From the NCBI GenBank assembly GCA_044451485.1, contig JBIOKD010000003.1:1-38841 (forward strand): DNA of 38,841 bases, written 5' to 3'. The notes under the pieces are model-generated. The model was not told the origin of the DNA and made no database searches. It saw only the letters and a list, made by a program, of their open reading frames with translations. The stretch comes from Candidatus Eiseniibacteriota bacterium. GTDB lineage: Bacteria; Eisenbacteria; RBG-16-71-46. Shown one piece after another: positions 16,069-25,481 of this stretch; positions within the stretch are counted from its first letter, which is position 1; every line of letters starts with the position of its first letter. A program made the translations under genes and the position numbers.

Positions 16069-16728
16069 CTAGAACGCGTCGCGGCCCAGCAACGGGACGA
16101 ACCGGCATTCCCCGTGGCGCGAGTGGGTCATCCGCCCGCTCTCGGACCGGATCCAGACCTCGAGATGCTGGACCGAGCGGTCACCCACCGGGATCACGAG
16201 CACACCCCGGTCGGCGAGCTGCGCGAGGAGCGCTTCCGGGACCCGGGGTGCCGCGGCGGCGACGAGGACCCTATCATAGGGTGCGAACTCCTGCCAACCC
16301 AGCGTCCCATCTCCGTGACGCAGCGCCACGTTGCGCACGCCGAACTCGTCCAGGCGTGCGCGGGCCGCGCGCTGGAGCTCGGCCACGCGCTCCACACCGA
16401 ACACCCGCTCGACCAGACGCGCGAGCAGCAGGGTCTGGTAGCCGCTGCCGGTGCCGATCTCGAGCACCCGATGCGTCGGCTCGAGCCGCGCCAGCTCGAG
16501 CATCCGGGCCACGATGTAGGGCTGCGAGATGGTCTGGCCCTCGACGGTGGGCAGCGCGTGGTCGCCATAGGCCCGTGGCACGAAGCTCGGGTCCACGAAG
16601 CGGTGACGCGGCGTCGTCGCCATGGCTTCGAGCACCCGCGGATCGGTGATCCCGCGGTCGACGAGCTGCTCTTCGACCATACGCCGGCGCGCCACCTCGA
16701 AGCCGTCGGGCTCGATGTCGGGGCTCAC
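16069..16728 (-). CDS. pcm: Protein-L-isoaspartate O-methyltransferase
   Basis: PRHRFV, AY.D.ALP, GQTISQPYIVA, VLEIGTGSGYQ, GDGTLGW..APYD, FVPL. GTG start overlaps the surE stop. Confidence 0.96.
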   Translation of the reverse strand: MSPDIEPDGFEVARRRMVEEQLVDRGITDPRVLEAMATTPRHRFVDPSFVPRAYGDHALPTVEGQTISQPYIVARMLELARLEPTHRVLEIGTGSGYQTLLLARLVERVFGVERVAELQRAARARLDEFGVRNVALRHGDGTLGWQEFAPYDRVLVAAAAPRVPEALLAQLADRGVLVIPVGDRSVQHLEVWIRSESGRMTHSRHGECRFVPLLGRDAF

Positions 16729-17471
16729 GGGTCGATGCGCCACGATTCCATGTCGGTCATGGTCTTGAAATCGGTGAGGTCGAGCGCCAGCGGCGTGACC
16801 GAGATGAAGCCGGCGTGGACGGCGTGAAAGTCGGTGCCCTCGTGCGACTCCCAGACCGGATCGCGGCCGCCGATCCAGTAGTACGGCCGGCCACGCGGAT
16901 CCACCTTCTCGATCAGGGTGTCGCTGTAGACCCGGGTGCCGAGCCGGGTGAGTCGCGATCCACGCAGCTCGTTCCAGGGGCGGTGCGGGATGTTCACGTT
17001 GAGCACCCGCTTGTCCCCGAAGCCGCGCGCGACCGCCTCCTCGGCGAGACGGCGGACGAACCGCGCCGCGTCGACGAAGTCGCTCGGCTCACGGGTCACC
17101 AGGGAGGCGGCGATCGACGGGGCCCCCTGCATCGCGCCCTCGATCGCGGCCGCCACGGTCCCGGAGTAGAACACGTCCTCGCCCATGTTGGGGCCGTGGT
17201 TGATCCCCGAGACCACCAGGTCGGGCGCGTGTTCGAGCAGACCGTGATAGGCGATCAGGACGCAGTCGGTCGGCGTGCCGTCGACGCTGTGCCATCCCGG
17301 CTTCACCTGGCGAATCCGCAACGGACGATGCAGGGTGAGCGAGTGCGAGGTCGCGCTCTGGTCGCGATCGGGCACCACCACCGTGACCTCGCCGAGCGCC
17401 GCGAACTCGCGGGCCATCGCCTCGAGCGCCGGAGCGTGGATGCCGTCGTCGTTGGTGAGCAGGATCCTCAT
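16725..17471 (-). CDS. surE: 5'/3'-nucleotidase SurE
   Basis: MRILLTNDDG, SHSLT, GTPTDCV, SGINHGPNMG...YSGTVAAA.EG, ISVTPL. Confidence 0.97.
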   Translation of the reverse strand: MRILLTNDDGIHAPALEAMAREFAALGEVTVVVPDRDQSATSHSLTLHRPLRIRQVKPGWHSVDGTPTDCVLIAYHGLLEHAPDLVVSGINHGPNMGEDVFYSGTVAAAIEGAMQGAPSIAASLVTREPSDFVDAARFVRRLAEEAVARGFGDKRVLNVNIPHRPWNELRGSRLTRLGTRVYSDTLIEKVDPRGRPYYWIGGRDPVWESHEGTDFHAVHAGFISVTPLALDLTDFKTMTDMESWRIDP

Positions 17472-18235
17472 CGTGGCGTGGACTCCGTGGCGCCGGTCCG
17501 AGCCAACCGGGCGCGATAGGCGGCGCGCATCTCCGCCGGCGGCGACAGCGCCTCGAGACTCAGACGCGCCAGCATTCCGAGGATGCGCGGCACGTCCCGA
17601 TGAAGACGGATGTGACTGGTCTCGCCCCCATAGACGGTCGGCACCTCGATCTCGGCGATGCGGAAGCCGAGACGCGCGGCGCGCACCGCCATCTCGGATT
17701 CGACCTCGTAGCGGCTGGCACGCACCGGCACCGCGGTCAGCACCTCGCGCCGGTACAGTCGATACCCACATTGGCTGTCCGAGATCCGGCGGCCCGCGGC
17801 CAGACTCGCCCACGCCGAGGACCATCCATTCGCGAATCGACGCAGCGCCGGCATGCCGGTGTCGAAGCGCCGGTATCCCAGCACCACGTCGACCCCGGTC
17901 TCGGCCGCACGCACGAAGTCCGGAAACGACTCCGGCGGGTGCTGCCCGTCGGCGTCCAGCGAGACCACGGCGTCGTATCCCGCGAGCGCCCGAAAGCCGG
18001 CCAGCAACGCGTGGCCCTTGCCGCGGTTGGCGGCGAACGCCAGCACCCGGGCACCGTGACGACGCGCCACCTCGGCGGTGGCGTCCCGCGAGCCGTCGTC
18101 CACCACCAGCACCTCGGGGGCCTCCTCGAGCACCGCGAGCCGCATCAGGACCTCGCCGAGATGCGCGGCGGCCTGGTAGGCCGGGATGAGCGCGGCCACG
18201 TGCAGCGGCTTTCGGGACGGGGTCACGTCACTCAT
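17468..18235 (-). CDS. Family 2 glycosyltransferase (DPM1/polyprenol-phosphate type)
   Basis: IPAYQ, VVDDGSRD, NRGKGHAL, DADGQH, DSQCGYR. Stop overlaps the surE ATG. Confidence 0.9.
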   Translation of the reverse strand: MSDVTPSRKPLHVAALIPAYQAAAHLGEVLMRLAVLEEAPEVLVVDDGSRDATAEVARRHGARVLAFAANRGKGHALLAGFRALAGYDAVVSLDADGQHPPESFPDFVRAAETGVDVVLGYRRFDTGMPALRRFANGWSSAWASLAAGRRISDSQCGYRLYRREVLTAVPVRASRYEVESEMAVRAARLGFRIAEIEVPTVYGGETSHIRLHRDVPRILGMLARLSLEALSPPAEMRAAYRARLARTGATESTPR

Positions 18236-18255
18236 GGGAGACGCGGGCGGCTGCA

Positions 18256-18289
18256 ACGCGTTCGCCGTACGTTCTCAAGCGGGGCCTGG
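18256..18289 (-). repeat. Copy of dispersed ~30-bp repeat
   Basis: Bottom strand CCAGGCCCCGCTTGAGAACGTACGGCGAACGCGT, just downstream of tRNA-Pro(GGG). Confidence 0.7.
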
Positions 18290-18318
18290 CCGGGCGAGAG
18301 AGAGCGGAGGAAGAGGGA

Positions 18319-18395
<77 letters not shown>

Positions 18396-18407
18396 ACCGG
18401 AGGACGC

Positions 18408-18437
18408 AATCTACGCGCTGGACGCGTGGCGTGGCAA
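18408..18437 (-). promoter_or_regulatory. Putative sigma70 promoter of tRNA-Pro(GGG)
   Basis: TTGCCA-18 bp-TAGATT, ending 12 nt before the tRNA. Confidence 0.55.
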
Positions 18438-18454
18438 GTCGCGCCGGGGTGCCC

Positions 18455-18961
18455 TCACGTGTCCGCCTCGGCCAGCAGTGCGGCGACGTCGAGCGTCTCG
18501 GAGACCATACGCACCCCGGGTGCGCCGTCTCGTGGCCGCGGCCAGCTCTCGCGTGGGCGGTCGGTGGTCAGCTCGACACCGTTGCCATCCGGGTCGCGCA
18601 GATAGAGCGCCACGCTCACGCCATGATCGGCGGCACCCTCGAGCGGGATGCCGGCCTCGAGCACCCGTCGCACCGCGCGCGCCAGGGCACGGCGATCGGG
18701 GTAGCGGATCGCGACGTGATAGAGCCCGGTGTGACCCGGGGGTGGCGGCTGGCCGCCGCGACTCTCCCAGGTGTTGAGTCCGATATGATGGTGATAGCCG
18801 CCGGCCGAGACGAACGCCGCCCGTGAACCGAGACGCTCGGTGACCTCGAATCCGAGCACGCCGTGCCAGAATCCCAGCGCGCGGTCGAGGTCGGCGACAC
18901 GCAGATGGACGTGACCGATGTCGGTGCCGGCCGGCGCCACGTAACCTTCGCGGCTCTCCAC
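18455..18961 (-). CDS. VOC/glyoxalase-family protein (single CatE-like domain)
   Basis: IGHVHLRVADL, GGYHHHIGLNTW, GLYHVAI, DHGVSVALYLRDPDGNGVEL. Confidence 0.9.
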   Translation of the reverse strand: MESREGYVAPAGTDIGHVHLRVADLDRALGFWHGVLGFEVTERLGSRAAFVSAGGYHHHIGLNTWESRGGQPPPPGHTGLYHVAIRYPDRRALARAVRRVLEAGIPLEGAADHGVSVALYLRDPDGNGVELTTDRPRESWPRPRDGAPGVRMVSETLDVAALLAEADT

Positions 18962-18972
18962 GACCGGGTGGC

Positions 18973-19353
18973 TCAGACGCGGGCCGCGCGCAACCGCTCG
19001 GCGAGACGCAACAGCTCGGTCTTCACCTCGTGCACGACCAGCCGGCGCTCGGCGTCCCCGAAGGTCAACTCGACCTGGGGGGCGGTCTCCCGGCGCTCGG
19101 CGAGCAGGGTGCGGCGGGCGCCGGCGATGGTGAAGCGGCGGTCGTAGAGGAGCTCCTTGATCCGCAACAGGAGCTTGATCTCGTCCGGACGGTACATGCG
19201 ATTTCCGGCGCGGTTCTTTCGCGGGCGCAGCATGCTGAACTGGGTCTCCCAGTAGCGCAGCACGTGCGGCTTGACGCCGACCACCTCGGCCACCTCGCTG
19301 ATCGGGCGGTACAGCTTTCCCTCGTCCTCGACGTCGGTCCGCATCGGGGTCAC
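18973..19353 (-). CDS. MerR-family HTH regulator (short type)
   Basis: KLY..ISEVA...KPHVLRYWETQF..LRP.KNR.G.R.Y...IK.LLY...FTIAGAR; GAGGAGGT RBS before GTG. Confidence 0.92.
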   Translation of the reverse strand: MTPMRTDVEDEGKLYRPISEVAEVVGVKPHVLRYWETQFSMLRPRKNRAGNRMYRPDEIKLLLRIKELLYDRRFTIAGARRTLLAERRETAPQVELTFGDAERRLVVHEVKTELLRLAERLRAARV

Positions 19354-19366
19354 GGATGCACCTCCT

Positions 19367-20356
19367 CTACTCGCTCTTGAGGTCCCGGGTCATGAGCGCG
19401 TCGAGCGCCTGACGCGGCGTGCTGCCTTCGAACAGGATGGCGCACACCTGGCCGGTGATCGGCAACTCCACACCATGACGACGTCCGAGATCGCGCGCCG
19501 CTCGCGCGGTGTTCACGCCTTCGGCCACCATGACCATATGTCCCAGCACCTGTTCGAGGCTCTCCCCCTGTCCCAGCCGCTCCCCCACGTGCCGGTTGCG
19601 GCTGTGCCGGCTCATCGCGGTGGTGATGAGGTCCCCCATCCCGGTGAGACCGTAGAACGTCTCGCGTCGCCCGCCCATCGCCATGCCGAGCCGGGTGATC
19701 TCGGCGAGCCCGCGGGTCAACAGCGCTCCCTTGGTGTTGTCCCCGTATCCGAGACCGTCGCACACACCCGCCGCGATCGCGATGACGTTCTTGAGCGCGG
19801 CGCCGAACTCGCATCCGGCCACGTCGGTGTTCGTGTACACGCGGAAACGCGGTGTCGAGCACAGCATCTGTACCGTTCGAGCACGCGTCTCGTCACGTGC
19901 CGCGGCCACGATCGAGGTCGGGATGCCGCGACTCACCTCCTCCGCGTGGCTCGGTCCCACGAGCAACACCGGGTCGGGATCGCCGAGGGTCTCCGCGAGC
20001 ACCTCCGTGGCGCGCTTCAGCGTGTCGAGCTCCAGTCCCTTGGTCGCGCACACCGATAGGCCGTGGGCACCGATGGCCGCCACCCTGCTCCCGACCGAGC
20101 GCAGTGCGTGCGAGGGCACCGCGTACACCGTGACCTCGGCTCCGTCGAGCGCGGACTCGAGTTCCGCCTGAACCTTAACCCCCTCCGGTAGCGCGATGCC
20201 ACCCAAATATTTGCGATTCTCCCGGTCACGGGTCATCGCGGCCAGCAGATCACGGTCGTGGTCCCACAACGCCACCGGCTGACCAAGCGAGGCCAGCCCC
20301 ACGGCCAGGGTGGTTCCCCACGAGCCCGCCCCGAGCACCGCGATCGGCGTCGGCAT
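19367..20356 (-). CDS. gpsA: NAD(P)H-dependent glycerol-3-phosphate dehydrogenase
   Basis: LGAGSWGT, TKGLE, GPSHAEEV, GAALKNVIAIAAG, GMGDL..T..S.HSRN, VAEGV. Confidence 0.97.
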   Translation of the reverse strand: MPTPIAVLGAGSWGTTLAVGLASLGQPVALWDHDRDLLAAMTRDRENRKYLGGIALPEGVKVQAELESALDGAEVTVYAVPSHALRSVGSRVAAIGAHGLSVCATKGLELDTLKRATEVLAETLGDPDPVLLVGPSHAEEVSRGIPTSIVAAARDETRARTVQMLCSTPRFRVYTNTDVAGCEFGAALKNVIAIAAGVCDGLGYGDNTKGALLTRGLAEITRLGMAMGGRRETFYGLTGMGDLITTAMSRHSRNRHVGERLGQGESLEQVLGHMVMVAEGVNTARAARDLGRRHGVELPITGQVCAILFEGSTPRQALDALMTRDLKSE

Positions 20357-21003
20357 CACGGCTTCCCTCCCCCGAACGAGAAACGGCGCTCCTCGCCACG
20401 CGCGAGACGCTGGAGGTTCTCGCGATGACGCGCGATGACCAGGATCGCGAGGGCGAGACCGAGCGCGAACACCGGGTCGCGCCACCCACCGGGCGCCAGC
20501 CACGCCAGACTCACGCTGAACGCGACCGCCCCCAACACCGAACCCAGCGAAACGTAACGCGTCGTCAGCAGCGTGACCAGGAACACCGTCACGAACACCA
20601 GGAAGGCCCACGGGCACAGGGCGAGCAGCACCCCGACCGTGGTGGCGACCCCCTTGCCGCCCTTGAAGCCCGCGAACACCGTGAACATGTGTCCGAGCAC
20701 CGCGGCCACCGCGACCGTGACCGCGCACCACGCGTGTCCGCCCGGGAACCCCCGGGACACGGCCAGTGACGGGATCACCGCGACCGGCACGGCCCCCTTG
20801 GCGATGTCGAGCAGCAGGGTCATCACCCCAAGTCCCGGCCCGAGTGTACGGTAGACGTTGGTGGCCCCGAGGTTTCGCGACCCGTGCTCCCGCACGTCGA
20901 TCCCCCGCGCCGCCCGCCCGATCCACAAGCCCCACGGCAGCGCTCCGCTCAGATAACCGCCGAGGAGCGCGATCGCCGTCGCTTCCCATGCCGCCGCCGT
21001 CAT
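20356..21003 (-). CDS. plsY: Glycerol-3-phosphate 1-O-acyltransferase PlsY
   Basis: GS.NLGATNV.R, D..KG, GH.F.VF..FKGGKGVAT, YVSLGS, RHRENL.RL..GEE. Confidence 0.96.
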   Translation of the reverse strand: MTAAAWEATAIALLGGYLSGALPWGLWIGRAARGIDVREHGSRNLGATNVYRTLGPGLGVMTLLLDIAKGAVPVAVIPSLAVSRGFPGGHAWCAVTVAVAAVLGHMFTVFAGFKGGKGVATTVGVLLALCPWAFLVFVTVFLVTLLTTRYVSLGSVLGAVAFSVSLAWLAPGGWRDPVFALGLALAILVIARHRENLQRLARGEERRFSFGGGKP

Positions 21004-21013
21004 GGCACTCCCC

Positions 21014-22324
21014 TCACTGGCTCTTGCGGAAGCGGAACCGGAAGGGCGTGCCGTGGAAGTCGAACTCCTCCGCGAAACGCAGCCACAGGTACCGCCGGTA
21101 TTGCGTGTCGAGACGGTCGGGGCCGTTCACGTAGAACGTGAACTCGGGCGGCCGCCGGCCGGTCTGGGTGATGTAGTAGATCTTGGGCGAGCGACCCATC
21201 CGGTCGCTGGGCACCTGGCGTCGCTTCTGGACCCGCTCCATCCAGCCGTTGAGCGAGCGGGTGGCGATCTCGCGGTTCATCTCCTCCACACGCTGCCGCA
21301 ACGCGCGCGGCAGACGATGGAGGTTCGTCCCGCGAGTGGCCGAGACCGGCATCGCCGGCAGGTCGCCGAGGGTCGGGTAGCGGTTCGCACGCTCCTTCTC
21401 GAGCGTCTTCCATCGCTCCTCGCGACCCTCGACCTGGTCCCACTTGTTGTAGAGCAGCAACACCGAACGGCCGGCCTCGAGCGCGTCCTGCGCCAGACGC
21501 GCGTCCTGCTTGTGGAACCCCTCGTTGGCGTCCACCATCACCGCCACCACGTGGGCACGTTCCATCGCCTGCAGCGCCCGCACGGTGGCGAAGTACTCGG
21601 CCTGGTCCTTGAACTGCGACTGCCGGCGGATGCCCGCGGTGTCCACCAGGATGAATTCCCCCGCCGAGCTCGACCAGCGCGCGTCGATCGGATCCATGGT
21701 GGTGCCGGCCCTTGGCTCGACGATCACGCGCTCCTCGCCCAGCAGCGCGTTCAGCATCGACGACTTCCCGACGTTCGGTCTCCCGATGATCGCCACCCGT
21801 GGCACGTGCTCGTCCGGCTCGGGCGGGCTCGCCGGCAGACGCGCGACCACCTCGTCGAGCAGGTCCCCGATCCCGAGTCCCCCCTCCGCCGCCACCGGGA
21901 TCGGGTTGCCCAGACCGAGCGCGTGGAATTCGTGCGCGATCGGGTCCCCCGGTTTGTCCACCTTGTTGACCACCAGCAGACACGGGGTGCCGCCACGACG
22001 CAGACGGTGCCCGATGGCGTTGTCGAGGTCGGTGACACCCGTGAGCGCGTCGACCATGAACAGCACCAGGTCGGCGGTCCCGATCGCCGCTTCCGCCTGT
22101 TTGCGCACCTCGGCGTCGCGTCCCTCGGCGGCGGCGGGCAGGAATCCCCCGGTGTCGACCAACATGAACGCATGACCGGCCCACTCGGCGCGCGCCGCGT
22201 TGCGGTCCCGGGTCACCCCCGGACGATCGTGGGTCACCGCGCGGCGGGTGCCGAGCACGCGATTGAAGAACGTCGATTTGCCGACGTTCGGACGGCCGAT
22301 GATGGCGACGACGGGAAGCGGCAT
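21014..22324 (-). CDS. der: Ribosome biogenesis GTPase Der (EngA)
   Basis: Two GRPNVGKS P-loops, PGVTRDR, DTGG/DTAG, NKVD/NKWD, C-terminal KH-like domain. Confidence 0.97.
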   Translation of the reverse strand: MPLPVVAIIGRPNVGKSTFFNRVLGTRRAVTHDRPGVTRDRNAARAEWAGHAFMLVDTGGFLPAAAEGRDAEVRKQAEAAIGTADLVLFMVDALTGVTDLDNAIGHRLRRGGTPCLLVVNKVDKPGDPIAHEFHALGLGNPIPVAAEGGLGIGDLLDEVVARLPASPPEPDEHVPRVAIIGRPNVGKSSMLNALLGEERVIVEPRAGTTMDPIDARWSSSAGEFILVDTAGIRRQSQFKDQAEYFATVRALQAMERAHVVAVMVDANEGFHKQDARLAQDALEAGRSVLLLYNKWDQVEGREERWKTLEKERANRYPTLGDLPAMPVSATRGTNLHRLPRALRQRVEEMNREIATRSLNGWMERVQKRRQVPSDRMGRSPKIYYITQTGRRPPEFTFYVNGPDRLDTQYRRYLWLRFAEEFDFHGTPFRFRFRKSQ

Positions 22325-22360
22325 CGGAGGGGGCGGGTCCGGGAGGCGCGGGATGCGGCA

Positions 22361-22391
22361 TGGCGCGCCGGTACGAACGACCGGCGCGCCA
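22361..22391 (-). terminator. Hairpin downstream of tRNA-Gly
   Basis: TGGCGCGCCGGT-acgaacg-ACCGGCGCGCCA, 12-bp stem; no U-tract, so it may be a processing or stability hairpin. Confidence 0.4.
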
Positions 22392-22408
22392 CGGGCCGCG
22401 ATGGACGA

Positions 22409-22484
22409 TGGAGCGGGCAACGGGGTTCGAACCCGCGACCTCAAGCTTGGGAAGCTCGCGCTCTACCAACTGAGCTATGCCCGC
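22409..22484 (-). tRNA. tRNA-Gly (anticodon CCC)
   Basis: GCGGGCA acceptor stem, anticodon arm CGAGC-TT-CCC-AA-GCTTG, GGTTCGAACC, 3' TCCA; 76 nt. Confidence 0.96.
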
Positions 22485-22511
22485 GGGACGTCGGTGGCGT
22501 CTGGACTCCCG

Positions 22512-22540
22512 ACGTTAGAACCTCGGCGGATGGGTGTCAA
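22512..22540 (-). promoter_or_regulatory. Sigma70 promoter of tRNA-Gly/der
   Basis: Perfect TTGACA-17 bp-TAACGT; the -35 box contains the miaA TGA stop. Confidence 0.7.
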
Positions 22541-23508
22541 TCGCGCCCCGGGCGATCGATGTCGTGTCCGCGTGACGCGACATCGGCGGGCAGACGGGCT
22601 CGCACGAACGCCACCCACGCCGCGGTGTCGATCGGGTCGGCCGCGAGTCGCACCGCGTGCAGCTGATGTCGGAACCAGGTCCGCTGTCGCTTGGCGAGCT
22701 GTCTTGTGCGCAAACTCACGTGCTTGATCGCCTTGGTGCGCGAGCATGTGCCGGCGAGATGCGCGACCGCCTCGTCGTACCCGATGGCCTGCAGTGCGCG
22801 CAGCGCCGCGGCGTGCTCGCCCTCGAGCAGCGCGCGGGTCTCCTCGAGGAGCCCGCTGGCGAACATCCACTCGGCGCGAAGACGGATGCGCCGGTTGAGG
22901 GCGCCGGGCTCCACCTCCAGCTCGAACACGTGCCAGCGCTCGTCGCCGTCGGTCGGGTGCTGCTCGGCGTGCCACGACGAGAGTAGTCGGCCGCTCGTTT
23001 CGACCACCTCGAGCGCGCGGGTGATGCGCTGGGTGTCGTGCGGGTGGAGCCGCGCCGCGGTGATCGGATCGACCGCGTCGAGACGGGCGTGCAGCGCCGG
23101 GGCACCCAGCGCCGCCGCCTCGGCGGCGAGCCGGGCCCGGATCGCGGGGTCGTGGGGCGGCGTCCCCGCCAGGCCCACCATCGCCGCGCGCAGCCACAGC
23201 CCCGAGCCACCGACCACGATCGGGATCGCGCCGCGGGCATGGATCTCGGCGCGCGTCGTCGCGCACTCCCGCGCGTACCACCCGGCGCTCGGACGATCGC
23301 CCAGGTGAAGCGCCTCGAACAGGTGGTGCGGCCGCCGGCCTCGCTCCTCGAGGGACGGCTTGCCGGTGCCAAGATCGAGCTCGGCGAACACCTGGCGGGA
23401 GTCGGCGCAGACCACCTCCCCGCCGAGCGCTTCGGCCAGTGCCTCCCCGAGCGCGCTCTTGCCGGTGGCGGTCGCCCCGACCACCGCGATGACGTGACGC
23501 GTGGTCAT
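22537..23508 (-). CDS. miaA: tRNA dimethylallyltransferase
   Basis: GATATGKS, DSRQV...GTGKP, PHHL, VGGSGLW, D.QRI.RALEV, AIGY.E, TRQLAKRQRTWF; downstream of mutL. Confidence 0.97.
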   Translation of the reverse strand: MTTRHVIAVVGATATGKSALGEALAEALGGEVVCADSRQVFAELDLGTGKPSLEERGRRPHHLFEALHLGDRPSAGWYARECATTRAEIHARGAIPIVVGGSGLWLRAAMVGLAGTPPHDPAIRARLAAEAAALGAPALHARLDAVDPITAARLHPHDTQRITRALEVVETSGRLLSSWHAEQHPTDGDERWHVFELEVEPGALNRRIRLRAEWMFASGLLEETRALLEGEHAAALRALQAIGYDEAVAHLAGTCSRTKAIKHVSLRTRQLAKRQRTWFRHQLHAVRLAADPIDTAAWVAFVRARLPADVASRGHDIDRPGRD

Positions 23509-23513
23509 GCGTT

Positions 23514-23607
23514 GGCCTCCGTTTGAGCACGTACGGCGAACGCGTCACGGGCACCGGCGGCCGCTCCCGCTCTCACGCGCTCGCCGTAGGTGCTCAAAGG
23601 GACCCAG
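23514..23607. repeat. Inverted doublet (REPIN-like) of the dispersed repeat between mutL and miaA
   Basis: GGCCTCCGTTTGAGCACGTACGGCGAACGCGT (23514-23545) and bottom-strand CTGGGTCCCTTTGAGCACCTACGGCGAGCGCGT (23607-23575), 29-bp spacer. Confidence 0.75.
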
Positions 23608-23610
23608 GGG

Positions 23611-25371
23611 TCAGCCGCGGCCGAAGCGCCGGTGCAGCTCGTCGAGATCGAGGCGCACGAAGGTCGGGCGTCCATGCGGGTCGCCGTGTGGGCGGGTGGT
23701 GGCGAACAACCGGTCCACCAGGGTGCGCATCTCCTCACCGCTCAGCGGATCCCCGGCGCGGGTGGCCGCGTGACACGCGAACGAGCGCGCCACGCGTTCG
23801 GCCATGTCCTCGTGCGCGCCACGCGCGGTGTCCTCCGCCACACCGTCGATCAGGTCCTGGAGCAGCTGACCCGGACGCTCCGACGCGATTCCCGAGGGCA
23901 TGCCCTGGATGACCACGGTGGGCGGTCCCAGCATGGACAGGTCCCAGCCCAGCTGCTCGAGCCATGGACCCAGCTCGAGCAACAGCTCCCACTGGTCGGC
24001 GGCGAGATCCACCAGCGCCGGGAACAGCAGCTGCTGCGCCGCGCCGCGCCCGCCGCGTAGACGCTCCAGCGCCTCCTCGAACAGGATGCGCTCGTGGGCG
24101 GCGTGCTGGTCGACGATCACCAGACCGCCACGCACCGGGGCAAGGATGTAGGTGCGATGGAGCTGCCACATCTCCGGCTCGGCGGTCACGGGCGTGGCCG
24201 CCGGTGGTGTCGTGGTCGGACCGGGATCGGTGGCCGGAGCCGGGCTCTCGAGACCGAGATAGGTCTGTTCGCTCGGATGCTCGCGGATCCGGTCGGTCCA
24301 GCGGGGCTCGGGCTCGGACGCGCCACCGCTCACCACCCGGAACGGTGGCTGGATGTGGGCCAGGGCCTGGGCGCACGCACCGGCCACCAGCGAGAACACC
24401 GTGTCCTCGTCGGCGAACCGGACCTCGCGCTTGGTCGGATGCACGTTCACGTCGAGCCGTGCGGGCGGGATCGAGAGCCACAGCGCGGCGGACGGGAATC
24501 GGCCGGGTGGCAGCAGGTTCCCATACGCCTGTCGCAACGCCTGCGACAGGAGTGGGCTCTGCACCAACCGTCGATTCACGAGGAAGCACTGGCCTTCACG
24601 GGTGGCGCGCGCGTGTTCCGGGAGACCGAGGAGCGCGATCAGACGCACGCCCCCCTTCTCGTCCTCGACCGCCAGCCGCTGCTCGGCGTGCGACGCACCC
24701 CACATCATCGCCGCCCGCTCCCGCAACGCGGCAAGACCCCGGCCACTGGCCGCCGGCCAGTCGAGACGCTCGCGCTCGTCCACGGTGATCCGGAACGACA
24801 CCTCGGGATAGCCGAGTCCGTAGGTCTCCACGAGCCGGATCGCGGCGCGCAGCTCACCGGCTGGCGAGTGCAGGAACTTCCGGCGCGCGGGTGTGTTGAA
24901 GAAGAGGTCCCGCACCTCCACGGTGGTTCCGGGAGCGCGGGCCGCGGGCCCACGCTCCACCACCTCGCCTCCCGCGGTCAGACGGGTCGACGCCGCGTCG
25001 GCGCCCGTCACCCGGCTGGTGACACGCATCCGGCTCACCGCCGCGATGCTCGGCAGCGCCTCGCCCCGGAAACCGAGCGTGGTCAACCGGTCGAGGTCCT
25101 CGAGCGTGGCGATCTTGCTGGTGGCGTGACGCTCGAGCGCCAGCTCCAGCTCGTCGGGGGCGATCCCCACACCGTCGTCCGCGACCGAGAACAGGTGGTC
25201 GAGCTGGCGCTCGACCCGCACCTCGACCCGTCGCGCCCCCGCGTCGAGGGCGTTCTCGAGGATCTCCTTGAGCGCCGAGAGGGGGCGCTCGACGACTTCG
25301 CCCGCGGCGATACGGGAGGCGGTGTCGGGCGACAGTCGACGGATGGCGGCTCGCGCGGTGTCGGTGGTCAT
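23611..25371 (-). CDS. mutL: DNA mismatch repair endonuclease MutL
   Basis: IAAGEVVERP, ENALDAGA, HATSKI, GFRGEAL, DVNVHPTKREV, endonuclease motif DQHAAHERILFE, ACH, PHGRP. Confidence 0.97.
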   Translation of the reverse strand: MTTDTARAAIRRLSPDTASRIAAGEVVERPLSALKEILENALDAGARRVEVRVERQLDHLFSVADDGVGIAPDELELALERHATSKIATLEDLDRLTTLGFRGEALPSIAAVSRMRVTSRVTGADAASTRLTAGGEVVERGPAARAPGTTVEVRDLFFNTPARRKFLHSPAGELRAAIRLVETYGLGYPEVSFRITVDERERLDWPAASGRGLAALRERAAMMWGASHAEQRLAVEDEKGGVRLIALLGLPEHARATREGQCFLVNRRLVQSPLLSQALRQAYGNLLPPGRFPSAALWLSIPPARLDVNVHPTKREVRFADEDTVFSLVAGACAQALAHIQPPFRVVSGGASEPEPRWTDRIREHPSEQTYLGLESPAPATDPGPTTTPPAATPVTAEPEMWQLHRTYILAPVRGGLVIVDQHAAHERILFEEALERLRGGRGAAQQLLFPALVDLAADQWELLLELGPWLEQLGWDLSMLGPPTVVIQGMPSGIASERPGQLLQDLIDGVAEDTARGAHEDMAERVARSFACHAATRAGDPLSGEEMRTLVDRLFATTRPHGDPHGRPTFVRLDLDELHRRFGRG

Positions 25372-25481
25372 GAGGCCCGCGAGCATCGCACGCCGGTGCA
25401 CGGGCGGGCAAGGCGCTGACGCGGCGGACGCCGTCGCGGCGGTGGAGCGCCCGGGTCGTCGGGGGCGCGCGGAGGGCGGGC